Below, piece by piece: positions 52,020-61,916 of a DNA stretch of 64,000 nt. Source of the DNA: Chromatiaceae bacterium (GTDB lineage Bacteria; Pseudomonadota; Gammaproteobacteria; Chromatiales; Chromatiaceae). The position numbers and the translations under genes are program-made. Below the pieces are notes generated by a model that was not told the origin of the DNA, ran no database searches, and saw only the letters and a list, made by a program, of their open reading frames with translations. The stretch spans positions 946 to 64,945 of the forward strand of contig JAXGTD010000007.1 in the NCBI GenBank assembly GCA_040775095.1, read 5' to 3'. The stretch's first letter is position 1; each line of letters opens with the position of its first letter.

Positions 52020-55000
52020 ATGCTCTACATCCACCACAGCAACCGTCTGGAAGTCCTGTTCGATCGGCTGCGCGCGGTGATCGCCGCGCCCCTGTCCGAT
52101 CCCTTCCTCCCGGAGGAGATCCTGGTGCAAAACCAGGGCATGGCACGCTGGCTCTCGCAGCGTCTGGCCCAGACCAATGGCATCGCGGCGAATCTTGCCT
52201 TCCCCTTGCCCGCCAGCTTCGTGTGGCGCCTGTTTCGCGCCTGGATGCCGGATATCCCGGAGCAGTCCGCGTACGAGAAGGAGACGCTGGGCTGGCGTAT
52301 CTTCGCGCGGCTGCCAGAGCATCTGGCGGAGCCGGCCTTCGCCGAGCTCAGTCGCTATCTTAGCGGCGAGCCGCGGATGCTCAAGCGTTGGCAGCTAAGC
52401 CTGCGCATCGCCGATGTCTTCGATCAATACCTGGTCTACCGCCCTGAGCTGGTACTGGGCTGGGAGGCAGGGGAGGGCACCGACTGGCAGGCGCTATTGT
52501 GGCGCGATCTGGTGGCGCAGACGGAAACCGACGCCCCGGGGAGGGGCGCGGCGCCCCATCGCGCGCGCCTGCTCGCGCGCCTGCAGGCGGCCTTCGACGC
52601 GGGGCGGGCGCCGGCGGACCCGGCCCTGCTGCCCGAGCGGATCGCGCTGTTCGGGCTCTCGGCGCTGCCGCCAGCCTATTGCAAGGTGCTCGAGGTAGTC
52701 GCCGCGCACCGCGAGGTGCACCTGTTTTTGCTCAATCCCTGCACCGAGTACTGGGCCGACATCGTGGACGAAAAGGGGCGCGAGCGCCGCCGCGCGCGGG
52801 CAGCGGCGGCCGGCCAGCCGGACCCCGGTGCACTGCTGGACCTGGGGAATCCGCTGCTGGCCGCGTTTGGGCATACTGGTCAGGCCTTCCTCGATCAGGT
52901 GTTGGAGCTCGAGGGCGACGCGCACGACTGCTTCATCGATCCCGGCACCGATCGGCTGCTCGCGCGCCTGCAGCACGACGTACTGACCCTGACGGACCCG
53001 CGCCGTAGCGACCCGGGCGAGCGCCTGACCCTGGACCCGCTCGATGACTCACTGCTGATTCACTGCTGCCACGGCCCGCTACGCGAGGTCCAGGTGCTGC
53101 ACGACCGGCTGCTCGCGCTCTTCGAGCGGACCGCGTCCCTCGCCACCAGGTCGCTCGCCGATCCACATGATGTCACCGACGCGCCCCTGGAGCCGCGCGA
53201 CATCCTGGTCATGGCACCGGACATCGAGCGTTACGCGCCGTTCGTCGACGCGGTGTTCGGCGCGGCGCCAGCGGCGCGACGCATCCCCTGGTCCATTGCC
53301 GACCGTCGCCTCGGTTCCGAGCAGCCGTTGCTGGCCGCGTTCGCCGAGCTGCTGGCCCTGCCGCTGAGTCGTGTCACGGCCACCGACGTCCTCGGATGGC
53401 TCGAGGTGCCCGCCATCGCCCGGCGCTTCGGGATCGACGAGCAGGGCCTCGCGCGCATTCGCACCTGGATCGATGAGGCCGGCATCCGCTGGGGTCTGGA
53501 TGCGACCATGCGCACCGGGCTCGGCCTGCCGGAAGACAATGCCAATACCTGGGCCTTTGGGCTGCAACGGCTGTTCCTGGGCTACGCGTTGCCGGACGAT
53601 GGCCTGCTCTACGGCGACACGCTGCCCTACGTCGACGTCGAGGGCGGCGAGGGCGCGCGCCTCCTGGGCGGACTGCAGTCCTTCATCGACGCGCTGGCCC
53701 AGTGGCACAACGAGCTGGCATGTCCCCACACCGCCGAGGATTGGAACCGGCGGCTCGGCGCGATGCTCGATGTCCTGTTCGCGCCCGACGATGAGGAGGA
53801 GGGCCTGCTCGAACGCCTGCGCGAGGCGTTGGACGGCCTGACCGAGCATGCCCGCGCCGCCGGGCTCGACGAGGCCCTGGAACCGGACCTGATCCGCGCC
53901 CGGCTGCAGCAGGTTCTGGAGGAGTCCGGGGGTGCGAGCCGTTTCCTGAGCGGACGCGTAACCTTCTGCAATATGGTCCCCATGCGCAGCATACCGGCAC
54001 GCGTGGTCTGCCTGCTTGGAATGAATGGCGTCGACTTCCCACGCGGCCAGCGCCCGCTGGGCTTCGACCTGATCGCCCGGCACCCACGTCGAGGCGATCG
54101 CTCACGCCGCCACGACGATCGCTACCTGTTTCTGGAGGCGCTGCTCTCGGCACGCGAGTATCTGCACATCTCCTATGTCGGCCGTGACCCGCGCGACAAT
54201 GCCGTCAAGGTACCTTCCGTGGTTGTCGAAGAGCTGCTCGACTGCATCGATCGGAGCTTCAAGGTGCCCGCCGATCCGGCCGCCGACGACCCGCAGCAGG
54301 GCCTGCCGTCACGGCATCTCGTCATCGAGCACCCGCTGCAGCCCTTTTCGCCTCGCTACTTCGATGCCCAGGAGCCACGCCTGTTCAGCTTTGCCGATGA
54401 CTGGCTGGCGATGGCGCGGGCGACGGTCGCCGCCGACCCCCCGCCATTCGCCGGCCCCGGTCTCGATGACGAGCCGCCCGACGTTGTCGAGCTCGATGAG
54501 CTGATCCGCTGCCTGGGCCAGCCGGCCCGATGGTTTCTCGAGCAGCGCCTGCGCCTTCGTCTGCCCGCGCGGGACGGCGTGCTCGCCGAGACCGAGCCGT
54601 TTGCCCCGAACGGCCTGGAGCGTTGGTCTATCGACCAGCGCCTGCTTGCGCTCAGCCAGGCCGGTCCCATCGACGCCGGCCTCGCGGTGCTACGAGCCGA
54701 GGGGGTGTTGCCCCATGGCGAGGCGGGCCGGATCCTGTTCACCAAGCGGGCCGAGCGCGTGGCGCGCTTTCGCGCCCGGCTCGAGGGGCTCAGCAGTGCG
54801 GCGGTGGCGCCCGTCGAGGTGGATCTGACCTGCGGCGGTGCGCGCTTGCAGGGTTGGCTCGATGGTCTGACAGAGGATGGACTGCTCTGCCACCGGCTCG
54901 GACGTCTACGCGGGAAGGATCTGCTCGCCCTCTGGCTCCGTCATCTGGTCCTCAACGCGATCGCGCCGGCGGGTATCGCGCGTTGCAGCGTCTGCCTGAG

Positions 55001-55334
55001 CGACGAGAAAGACAATCTCAAACTGACCCGACTGCGGCCGCTCACCGACGCATCGGAGCGCCTCGCCGAGCTGCTCGATCTGTGGCGGCGCGCGCGGCGC
55101 GAGCCACTGCCGCTGTTCCCCGACTGCAGTCTGGTCTGGGCGCGAACCGGCAGCATGGACGCGGTAGACAAGGTCTGGCGGGACAGCTACAACGGCCCTC
55201 CCGGTGAGGGCTCGGACCTGGCGGTACAGACCGCGTTTCGTGGTGTCGCGGAACCGCTGGGCGCCGATTTCTGTGCGCTGGCGGTGCAGGTCTTCGGGCC
55301 ATTGTTGGCCGTGCTGGAGGAGGACGACAAGTGA
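52020..55334 (+). CDS. recC: Exodeoxyribonuclease V subunit gamma
   Basis: Start MLYIHHSNRLEVLFDRLRAVI, followed by PEEILVQNQGMARWLSQRLA. About 1104 aa, immediately followed by recB and recD. Confidence 0.92.
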   Translation: MLYIHHSNRLEVLFDRLRAVIAAPLSDPFLPEEILVQNQGMARWLSQRLAQTNGIAANLAFPLPASFVWRLFRAWMPDIPEQSAYEKETLGWRIFARLPEHLAEPAFAELSRYLSGEPRMLKRWQLSLRIADVFDQYLVYRPELVLGWEAGEGTDWQALLWRDLVAQTETDAPGRGAAPHRARLLARLQAAFDAGRAPADPALLPERIALFGLSALPPAYCKVLEVVAAHREVHLFLLNPCTEYWADIVDEKGRERRRARAAAAGQPDPGALLDLGNPLLAAFGHTGQAFLDQVLELEGDAHDCFIDPGTDRLLARLQHDVLTLTDPRRSDPGERLTLDPLDDSLLIHCCHGPLREVQVLHDRLLALFERTASLATRSLADPHDVTDAPLEPRDILVMAPDIERYAPFVDAVFGAAPAARRIPWSIADRRLGSEQPLLAAFAELLALPLSRVTATDVLGWLEVPAIARRFGIDEQGLARIRTWIDEAGIRWGLDATMRTGLGLPEDNANTWAFGLQRLFLGYALPDDGLLYGDTLPYVDVEGGEGARLLGGLQSFIDALAQWHNELACPHTAEDWNRRLGAMLDVLFAPDDEEEGLLERLREALDGLTEHARAAGLDEALEPDLIRARLQQVLEESGGASRFLSGRVTFCNMVPMRSIPARVVCLLGMNGVDFPRGQRPLGFDLIARHPRRGDRSRRHDDRYLFLEALLSAREYLHISYVGRDPRDNAVKVPSVVVEELLDCIDRSFKVPADPAADDPQQGLPSRHLVIEHPLQPFSPRYFDAQEPRLFSFADDWLAMARATVAADPPPFAGPGLDDEPPDVVELDELIRCLGQPARWFLEQRLRLRLPARDGVLAETEPFAPNGLERWSIDQRLLALSQAGPIDAGLAVLRAEGVLPHGEAGRILFTKRAERVARFRARLEGLSSAAVAPVEVDLTCGGARLQGWLDGLTEDGLLCHRLGRLRGKDLLALWLRHLVLNAIAPAGIARCSVCLSDEKDNLKLTRLRPLTDASERLAELLDLWRRARREPLPLFPDCSLVWARTGSMDAVDKVWRDSYNGPPGEGSDLAVQTAFRGVAEPLGADFCALAVQVFGPLLAVLEEDDK

Positions 55335-58300
55335 TCGAGCCCCTGGACCTCACCACGATTCCATTGCGCGGTCTGCACCTGATCGAGGCCAGCGCCGGTA
55401 CTGGTAAGACCTACGCCATTACCAACCTGGTGCTGCGCATGGTGATGGAAGACGGTATCGGCATCGATCGCATCCTGGTCTTGACCTTCACCAATGCCGC
55501 CACCGAGGAGCTGCGCGAGCGGGTGGGACGTCGGCTGCGCGCCGCCCTGGCCGCGTTCGAGGCCAAAGCCGCCGGGCAGCCGGTGGGCGACGACCCGATC
55601 CTCGTCGGGCTGACCGATGGACGTATCGGTGGCGTCGACCCGCAACGGGCACGTCAGCGTCTGGCCGAGGCGATTGCCCGTATGGACGAGGCCGCAATCC
55701 AGACCATCCATGGCTTCTGCGGGCGGTTGCTACAGGACAATGCCTTCGAGAGTGGCATCAGCTTTGATCCGGAGATGATCACGGATGAATCGGCACTCCG
55801 GCAGGGCGCCGTCGAGGATCTGTGGCGCCGGCGCATGGCAGCGGCCGATCCCGAGCAGGCCGCCTGGATGCTCGCCAACTGGAAGGCTGGACCGCAGGCC
55901 CTGCTCGACTCCCTGAAAGATCACCTCGGCCCCGGGACGCTGCAGGTGCTGCCGCGGCGGGCACCGGATGCGGACCCAAGGCAACAGCTGCATGGTTGGC
56001 GCGAGCGCCTGCGCGCGACCTGGCCCGCCAGCCGAGACGCCGTCGCCAAGCTGCTGGCAGACCGGGAGGTGCTCAAGCAGAACAGCTACAGGCCCGGTGC
56101 CGTCGCACAGGCCCTGGCCGCGGTCGATGACCTGGTCGCCGACGGGGCGTTGCCCGACAAGTTGCCGGACAAGCTCGCACTGCTGACCCCGGCGAAGCTC
56201 GCCGTCGGTACCAAGAATGGCCACACCACGCCGAAGCACGCATTCTTCGATCTTTGCGGGGAGATGACACCGGGGCAGGTCGAAGCCTTCGCTCGTCAAC
56301 GCCGCGCGGCGTTTCTGATCGAGGCCCGGAGCGAGCTGATTGCCGCTCTGAAGCACGCCAAGCAGCAGCGACGCGTGCTCTATTTCGACGACCTGCTGAG
56401 CCGCACCGCCGAGGCCCTCGATGGACCGCTCGGCGACGGCCTGGCGCAACGCGTGCGCCAGGCATACCCGCGGGCGCTGATCGACGAGTTCCAGGACACC
56501 GATACGCTGCAATACCGGGTCTTTCGCCGCATCTACGGCGACGATGGCAACAGCGCGGCGTCCCATGGTCTGTTCCTGATCGGCGACCCCAAGCAGGCCA
56601 TCTACGCCTTTCGGGGGGGCGATATCTTTACCTACATGGGCGCACGCCGGCAGGCGGCGGCGCACGGCGCGATCTGGACCCTGGACACCAACTGGCGTTC
56701 CGCCAGCCGGCTCGTCGAAGCCGTCAACACGCTGTTCGCGCGCGCCCACGCGCCGTTCATTTACGAGGAGGCGATCCCGTTCGCGCCGGTCCGCTCCGGG
56801 CCGAAGGCAGACAACGCACCGTTGCGGATCGACGGCGAGCCGGTCACCCCGCTCGAGCTGCGCTGGCTGCCGCTGGATCCCGAGCACCGCCTCAAGAACG
56901 GCCAGTGGCTCAGCGCCGACGGCGCGCTGAGCCTCGCGGCCGCGGACACCGCGGCACGGATCGCCGCACTGATCGCCCAGGGAAACGCCGGCCGCGCGCG
57001 TATCGGCGAGCGCGCGCTGCAGGCACGCGACATCGCGGTCTTGGTACGCAAGCACAAGGAAGGCGTCGCCGTGCGCGATGCGCTGATGCAACAGGGGGTC
57101 GCCTGCGTCAGTATCGGCCAGGAGAGCGTGTTCGAAAGCGGCGAGGCCGAGGAGTTGATGCTGCTGCTGCGCGCGCTCAGCGAGGGCAGCGACGAGGGCA
57201 CGCTGCGCGCGGCGCTGAGCACCAGGATGCTCGGTTGGAGCGCCTCGCGCATCGCCGCGCTCGACACCGATGAGTCGGCCTGGGACGCGCTGCTGGCGCG
57301 CATCGAGCTCTATCGTGGCTGTTGGCAGGAGCAGGGGTTCCTGGCCGCGTTCTGGCGACTGATTCAGGGCGAGGGCATCACCGGGAATCTGCGTCGGCTG
57401 CCCGACGGGGAGCGGCGGCTGACGAACCTGCTGCACCTGGGGGAGCTGGTCGAGGTCGCCGCGCACGAGCACCCGGGCATCGACAATCTGCTGCGCTGGC
57501 TGGAACAACAGCGCGAGGATCCGCCCAGGGGTGACGACGGCCAGCTGCTGCGCCTGGAGAGCGATGCGCAGTTGGTGCGTATCGTCACTCTGCACAAGAG
57601 CAAGGGGCTGGAATTCCCGGTGGTGTTCCTGCCATTTCCCTGGACCGCATTCCGCTCCGTCGACAAGAACGCCCCCGTGCCATTCCATGCCGACGACGGC
57701 ACCGCCTGCCTCGACCTCGGCTCCGATGAGCTCGATCAGAGCATCGGCCGATATCGACGCGAGACCCTGGCCGAGGGCCTGCGTTTGCTCTATGTCGGGC
57801 TCACCCGCGCAAAACACCTCTGCCTCGTCCACTGGGGGAGCGTCAACGGGGCGGGTGGCTCCGCGGCCGCCTATCTGCTGCACCCGGACCCGTTCATCGA
57901 CGGCCCCGGAGACCGAATGAAGGGGCGGGACGATCAAACGTTGCGGGCGGGGCTCGAGGGGCTCTGCCGGCTGGCCCCCGATGCCATCTGTGTTACCGAT
58001 GCCACACCCCGGCAGGACCCGTCGCCCGGGCTGGCGCTGCCCGCGCCGCCCACGCTGTCGGCGCGCGTGTTTGCCGGCCCGATCCGAGACGACTGGCGCC
58101 TGGCCAGCTATTCGGGGCTGATCAGTGAGTTCGACCGGGACAGCGACCGCCCCGATTACGACCAGGATCCAGGCCAGGGCGCGGGTGCCGTGCACGAGCG
58201 CATCGAGCCCCTGGTCGCCGGGACGGCCGAGACAGGGGATGCGAGCGTGCCCGATGCCGGCGCTGGCCCCGATACGCCGCCTGGCGGGGTCCTGGATCCG

Positions 58301-59101
58301 ATCTTTGCCTTTCCCCGCGGGATTCGTGCCGGCCACTGCCTGCACGCGATGTTCGAGCACCTGGACTTCCCCGACGCCCGCGATCAGGTGCTGCGCGACG
58401 CGGCGCGCCATGCCCTGGTCCGGCACGGCATCGACACGAAATGGTCCACGGCCGCCGCCGATCTGGTGACCAATACGCTCGACACGCCGCTGCGCACCGA
58501 CCCCGACGGCGCCTCGCTTCGACTGCGCGATCTGCCCAGGGCCGATCGCCGCAATGAGCTGGCGTTTCATTTCAGCCTCGAAGAGGCGCGGACGCGGGGC
58601 CTCGGGCAGTTGCTGTCGGCCCATGGCTATCCCGATGCCGGGCTGTCGCGTTCCAGCGGGCGGACCCTGCGGGGCCTGATGAAGGGCTACATCGACCTGG
58701 TGTTCCGTTGGAACGGGCGGTTCTATATCGCCGACTACAAGTCGAATCATTTAGGCGATTCCCTGGATGACTACGCCCCCAACGCGATCGCGGCGGCGAT
58801 GGCGCATCACCGCTACCACCTGCAGTACCTGATCTACAGTGTCGCGCTGCACCGCTGGTTGAGCGCACGTCAACCCGGCTACGACGGCGCCGTCCACTTC
58901 GGGGGCGTGCTCTATCTGTTCGTTCGTGGCATACGCCCGACCCTCACCGCCGATGGAGCGGCCAGCCACGGGGTGTTCCACGACTGCCCCGCGCCGGGGC
59001 TGATCCGGGCGTTGGACGCGGCCCTCGGGGCGGCAGCGGCAATGGACCTGCCCGATGCAGGGCACGCCGGGCGCACCCGGCTTGAGGAGACCAGCCAATG
59101 A
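55331..59101 (+). CDS. recB: Exodeoxyribonuclease V subunit beta (helicase-nuclease)
   Basis: 1256-aa ORF with a GTG start overlapping the recC stop. UvrD-type motifs are IEASAGTGKTYAI, LIDEFQDTD and TLHKSKGLEFPVVF. The C-terminal nuclease motif is GYIDLVFRWNGRFYIADYKSN. Confidence 0.95.
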   Translation: MIEPLDLTTIPLRGLHLIEASAGTGKTYAITNLVLRMVMEDGIGIDRILVLTFTNAATEELRERVGRRLRAALAAFEAKAAGQPVGDDPILVGLTDGRIGGVDPQRARQRLAEAIARMDEAAIQTIHGFCGRLLQDNAFESGISFDPEMITDESALRQGAVEDLWRRRMAAADPEQAAWMLANWKAGPQALLDSLKDHLGPGTLQVLPRRAPDADPRQQLHGWRERLRATWPASRDAVAKLLADREVLKQNSYRPGAVAQALAAVDDLVADGALPDKLPDKLALLTPAKLAVGTKNGHTTPKHAFFDLCGEMTPGQVEAFARQRRAAFLIEARSELIAALKHAKQQRRVLYFDDLLSRTAEALDGPLGDGLAQRVRQAYPRALIDEFQDTDTLQYRVFRRIYGDDGNSAASHGLFLIGDPKQAIYAFRGGDIFTYMGARRQAAAHGAIWTLDTNWRSASRLVEAVNTLFARAHAPFIYEEAIPFAPVRSGPKADNAPLRIDGEPVTPLELRWLPLDPEHRLKNGQWLSADGALSLAAADTAARIAALIAQGNAGRARIGERALQARDIAVLVRKHKEGVAVRDALMQQGVACVSIGQESVFESGEAEELMLLLRALSEGSDEGTLRAALSTRMLGWSASRIAALDTDESAWDALLARIELYRGCWQEQGFLAAFWRLIQGEGITGNLRRLPDGERRLTNLLHLGELVEVAAHEHPGIDNLLRWLEQQREDPPRGDDGQLLRLESDAQLVRIVTLHKSKGLEFPVVFLPFPWTAFRSVDKNAPVPFHADDGTACLDLGSDELDQSIGRYRRETLAEGLRLLYVGLTRAKHLCLVHWGSVNGAGGSAAAYLLHPDPFIDGPGDRMKGRDDQTLRAGLEGLCRLAPDAICVTDATPRQDPSPGLALPAPPTLSARVFAGPIRDDWRLASYSGLISEFDRDSDRPDYDQDPGQGAGAVHERIEPLVAGTAETGDASVPDAGAGPDTPPGGVLDPIFAFPRGIRAGHCLHAMFEHLDFPDARDQVLRDAARHALVRHGIDTKWSTAAADLVTNTLDTPLRTDPDGASLRLRDLPRADRRNELAFHFSLEEARTRGLGQLLSAHGYPDAGLSRSSGRTLRGLMKGYIDLVFRWNGRFYIADYKSNHLGDSLDDYAPNAIAAAMAHHRYHLQYLIYSVALHRWLSARQPGYDGAVHFGGVLYLFVRGIRPTLTADGAASHGVFHDCPAPGLIRALDAALGAAAAMDLPDAGHAGRTRLEETSQ

Positions 59102-61041
59102 CCGAGAGCCTTCTGCAACAGGCCGTCGACAGCGGCGAGCTGGGCGCGGTCGATCTGCATCTGGCCCGTTGGTTGCGCCGAACCGCCGGCGGCGCCGAAC
59201 CCGGACAGCTGCTGGCCGCCGCGCTGGCGAGCCAACGCACCAGCAGCGGCGACGTCTGTCTGGATCTGCGTCGCTTCGCCGGTGCCTGCCCATTCGAGTC
59301 GGTCCCCGCGTTACGGGCCCCGATGCTTGCGCCATGGCGCGATGCCCTCACACGCTGGAGCGTGGTCAGCGTCGACGGCGAGCGGGCGCCACTGGTCCTC
59401 GACGCAAAGGATCGGCTCTATCTGGGGCGCTACTGGGAGTTCGAGCAGTCCGTCGCGCGCCGCATCCAGGAGCTCGCGGCCGATTGGGCACCAGAGGTCG
59501 ACCGCCCCCGGCTGCGCGCTGGACTCGAGCGCCTGTTCCCGGCGGCGACGCACGAGGAGCCGGACTGGCAGCGCGTGGCGGCGACGATCGCCGTGCTCAA
59601 GCGTCTCTGCGTGATCTCCGGCGGACCCGGCACCGGCAAGACCCACACGGTCACCGCGATCCTGGCCCTGTTGGTCGAGCAGGCGGCGGCGAGCGGGCGC
59701 CCACCGCGCGTCGCGCTGGCCGCACCAACGGGCAAGGCCGCGGCACGGCTGACAGAGTCCATCCGCCGAGCCCGGACCCGGCCCGGCATGGATCCGGCAC
59801 TGGCCTCGGCAATCCCGGACGAGGGCCAGACCCTGCATCGACTGCTCGGATTCCGTCCGGGCCGAGCGCGGCCCCGCCACCATGCCGGCAACCCGCTGCA
59901 TCTCGACCTGCTGGTGGTGGACGAGGCATCGATGCTCGATTTGCCGCTGATGGCCCGGTTGCTCGATGCCTTGCCTGCCGGGGCGCGGCTGATCCTGCTC
60001 GGCGACCGCGACCAGCTCGCCTCGGTGGAGTCCGGCATGGTGCTGGGCGACCTGTGCGGGCGCGGTCGTGATCCCGGTTACTCCGAGGCCATGCGCACGG
60101 CCCTGCTCGAGATCGCCGGCATGGATCCGAACGCGGCCGCCAGGCCGACCCGGGATCACCACGAGAGCGATCCCGCGCTGGCGCTGGCCGCCGCCGAGGC
60201 CAGCGCCGGGGTGTCACGGCATGGGCTCGGCGATGCCATTGCGCTGTTACGCAGGAGCTGGCGTTTCCGACCGGACAGTGGCATCGGTGCACTGGCCGCC
60301 GCGGTCAACGCCGGCGACGTGCGCTCGGCAAGACGGGTCATCGGCGCGGGACATGCTGACCTGCGATGGCTCGAGCTCGACGGGGCCGGTCTGCGCCAGT
60401 TCCTGGTTGCAGAGTTGGTGCCGCGCTACCGCGCCTGCCTCGCTGCCGGGGGACCCGCCGCGGTGCTCGCGCGATTCAACGAGTTTCGGGTGCTGTGCGC
60501 GGTGCGCGACGGCGAATTTGGCGTCGACAACCTGAACCGGATCGCCGAGTCGGTACTCGCGCAGGCGGGTGTCATCGACCTGAGCGGCGGGCGAGGGCGG
60601 CGCCACTATTCCGGTCGGCCGGTGCTGATCACCCGCAACGACTATGGTCTGGGACTGTACAATGGCGATATCGGCATACTGCTGCCCGGGCAGCGCCCGC
60701 CATCGCCCGAGGTGCCCGACGCGACCCCGGATCGGCAGGCGGCAGACCTGCGGGCCTGGTTCGACTCCGAGGACGGCGTTCGACGCATCCTGCCCGCCAG
60801 ACTTCCGGACAACGAGACCCTGTTCGCAATGACGGTGCACAAGTCCCAGGGTTCGGAATTCAACGAGGTGGTCCTCGTGCTGCCGCCTTATTCGAGCCGT
60901 GCCGTGACCCGTGAGCTGCTCTACACCGGCATCACCCGGGCCAGAGATCGCATCACGCTCATCGCGCCGATGCAGCGCCTCACCGACGCCGCCGCGCGGC
61001 CCGTGGTGCGCACCTCCGGGCTGTACGACGCGATCTGGTAG
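59098..61041 (+). CDS. recD: Exodeoxyribonuclease V subunit alpha
   Basis: 647-aa ORF containing ISGGPGTGKTHTV, LVVDEASMLD, MTVHKSQGSEF and YTGITRAR. Confidence 0.95.
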   Translation: MTESLLQQAVDSGELGAVDLHLARWLRRTAGGAEPGQLLAAALASQRTSSGDVCLDLRRFAGACPFESVPALRAPMLAPWRDALTRWSVVSVDGERAPLVLDAKDRLYLGRYWEFEQSVARRIQELAADWAPEVDRPRLRAGLERLFPAATHEEPDWQRVAATIAVLKRLCVISGGPGTGKTHTVTAILALLVEQAAASGRPPRVALAAPTGKAAARLTESIRRARTRPGMDPALASAIPDEGQTLHRLLGFRPGRARPRHHAGNPLHLDLLVVDEASMLDLPLMARLLDALPAGARLILLGDRDQLASVESGMVLGDLCGRGRDPGYSEAMRTALLEIAGMDPNAAARPTRDHHESDPALALAAAEASAGVSRHGLGDAIALLRRSWRFRPDSGIGALAAAVNAGDVRSARRVIGAGHADLRWLELDGAGLRQFLVAELVPRYRACLAAGGPAAVLARFNEFRVLCAVRDGEFGVDNLNRIAESVLAQAGVIDLSGGRGRRHYSGRPVLITRNDYGLGLYNGDIGILLPGQRPPSPEVPDATPDRQAADLRAWFDSEDGVRRILPARLPDNETLFAMTVHKSQGSEFNEVVLVLPPYSSRAVTRELLYTGITRARDRITLIAPMQRLTDAAARPVVRTSGLYDAIW

Positions 61042-61111
61042 GCGTCATTGGCGGGGATCGCCGGAAATCGGCGTTTCCCTCGTGCTGCCTTTCCCCAAGC
61101 CTGGAAACGGA

Positions 61112-61891
61112 ATGAACAACTACGAATTCTGCGCGCGGTGGGTCATCGACCAGCACCTGGACAAGGCGATCCGTGTGCTCGACTATGGTTGTGGCGCCGG
61201 GCAGATCGTCAATGCGCTGCGAGCGCGAGACATCAACGCCTTCGGGTGCGACCTGTTCTATGAAGGTGGAGACTATTCCGATTCTATTCCTTCCGGACTT
61301 CTGGATCGCGGCATTATCAGAAGGATGGATGGAAACAGGATTCCATTCGATTCGGCGTTGTTTGACGTCGTCATCAACAATCAGGTCATGGAGCATGTCG
61401 AGAATCTCGATCTTGTGCTCGCCGAGATCAAACGCGTGCTAAGGCCTGGCGGCGCCGTCATGAGCCTGTTTCCTGACCGGGGTGTCTGGCGTGAAGGGCA
61501 CTGCGGTATCCCGTTTCTTCACTGGTTTCCGAAGCGCGGCCGAATTAGAGTCTATTACGCGGCCGCACTCAGGACGCTTGGCCTTGGGTATCACAAGGGA
61601 AATAAGGACGTGATGGCGTGGAGCCGGGATTTCTGCACCTGGTTGGACGACTGGACCCACTACAGAACGGCCCAGGAAATCGGCTCAAGCTATAGGAAAT
61701 ACTTCTGCGATATCGCGCATGTCGAAGAAGACTGGCTGCAACGCAGGCTCGGCGGCAAGAAGGCCCTGGTGACCTGGCTTCCAGTGTCGATACAGCAACT
61801 GATCGTCAGAAAACTTGCGGGCATGGTCTTTGTCGCCCGCGGACCGATAACTGTCCTGACACAGGGGCCGCCCGCCGGGCGCAGCAGATGA
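61112..61891 (+). CDS. Class I SAM-dependent methyltransferase (low G+C relative to neighbours)
   Basis: ATG at 61112. Motif I is VLDYGCGAGQ, with post-I/II FDVVINNQVMEHVENL and LRPGG. Two 60-nt lines counted by hand (61261-61320 and 61321-61380) give 29/60 and 27/60 G+C, which is far below the flanking recD. Confidence 0.8.
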   Translation: MNNYEFCARWVIDQHLDKAIRVLDYGCGAGQIVNALRARDINAFGCDLFYEGGDYSDSIPSGLLDRGIIRRMDGNRIPFDSALFDVVINNQVMEHVENLDLVLAEIKRVLRPGGAVMSLFPDRGVWREGHCGIPFLHWFPKRGRIRVYYAAALRTLGLGYHKGNKDVMAWSRDFCTWLDDWTHYRTAQEIGSSYRKYFCDIAHVEEDWLQRRLGGKKALVTWLPVSIQQLIVRKLAGMVFVARGPITVLTQGPPAGRSR

Positions 61892-61916
61892 TCGGCGACC
61901 CGCTTGTTCCAGCCTC

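Noticed and set aside
55730-58750. 1006-aa minus-strand ORF.
   Set aside because: It is antisense to recB and has the same compositional artefact, with no motifs.
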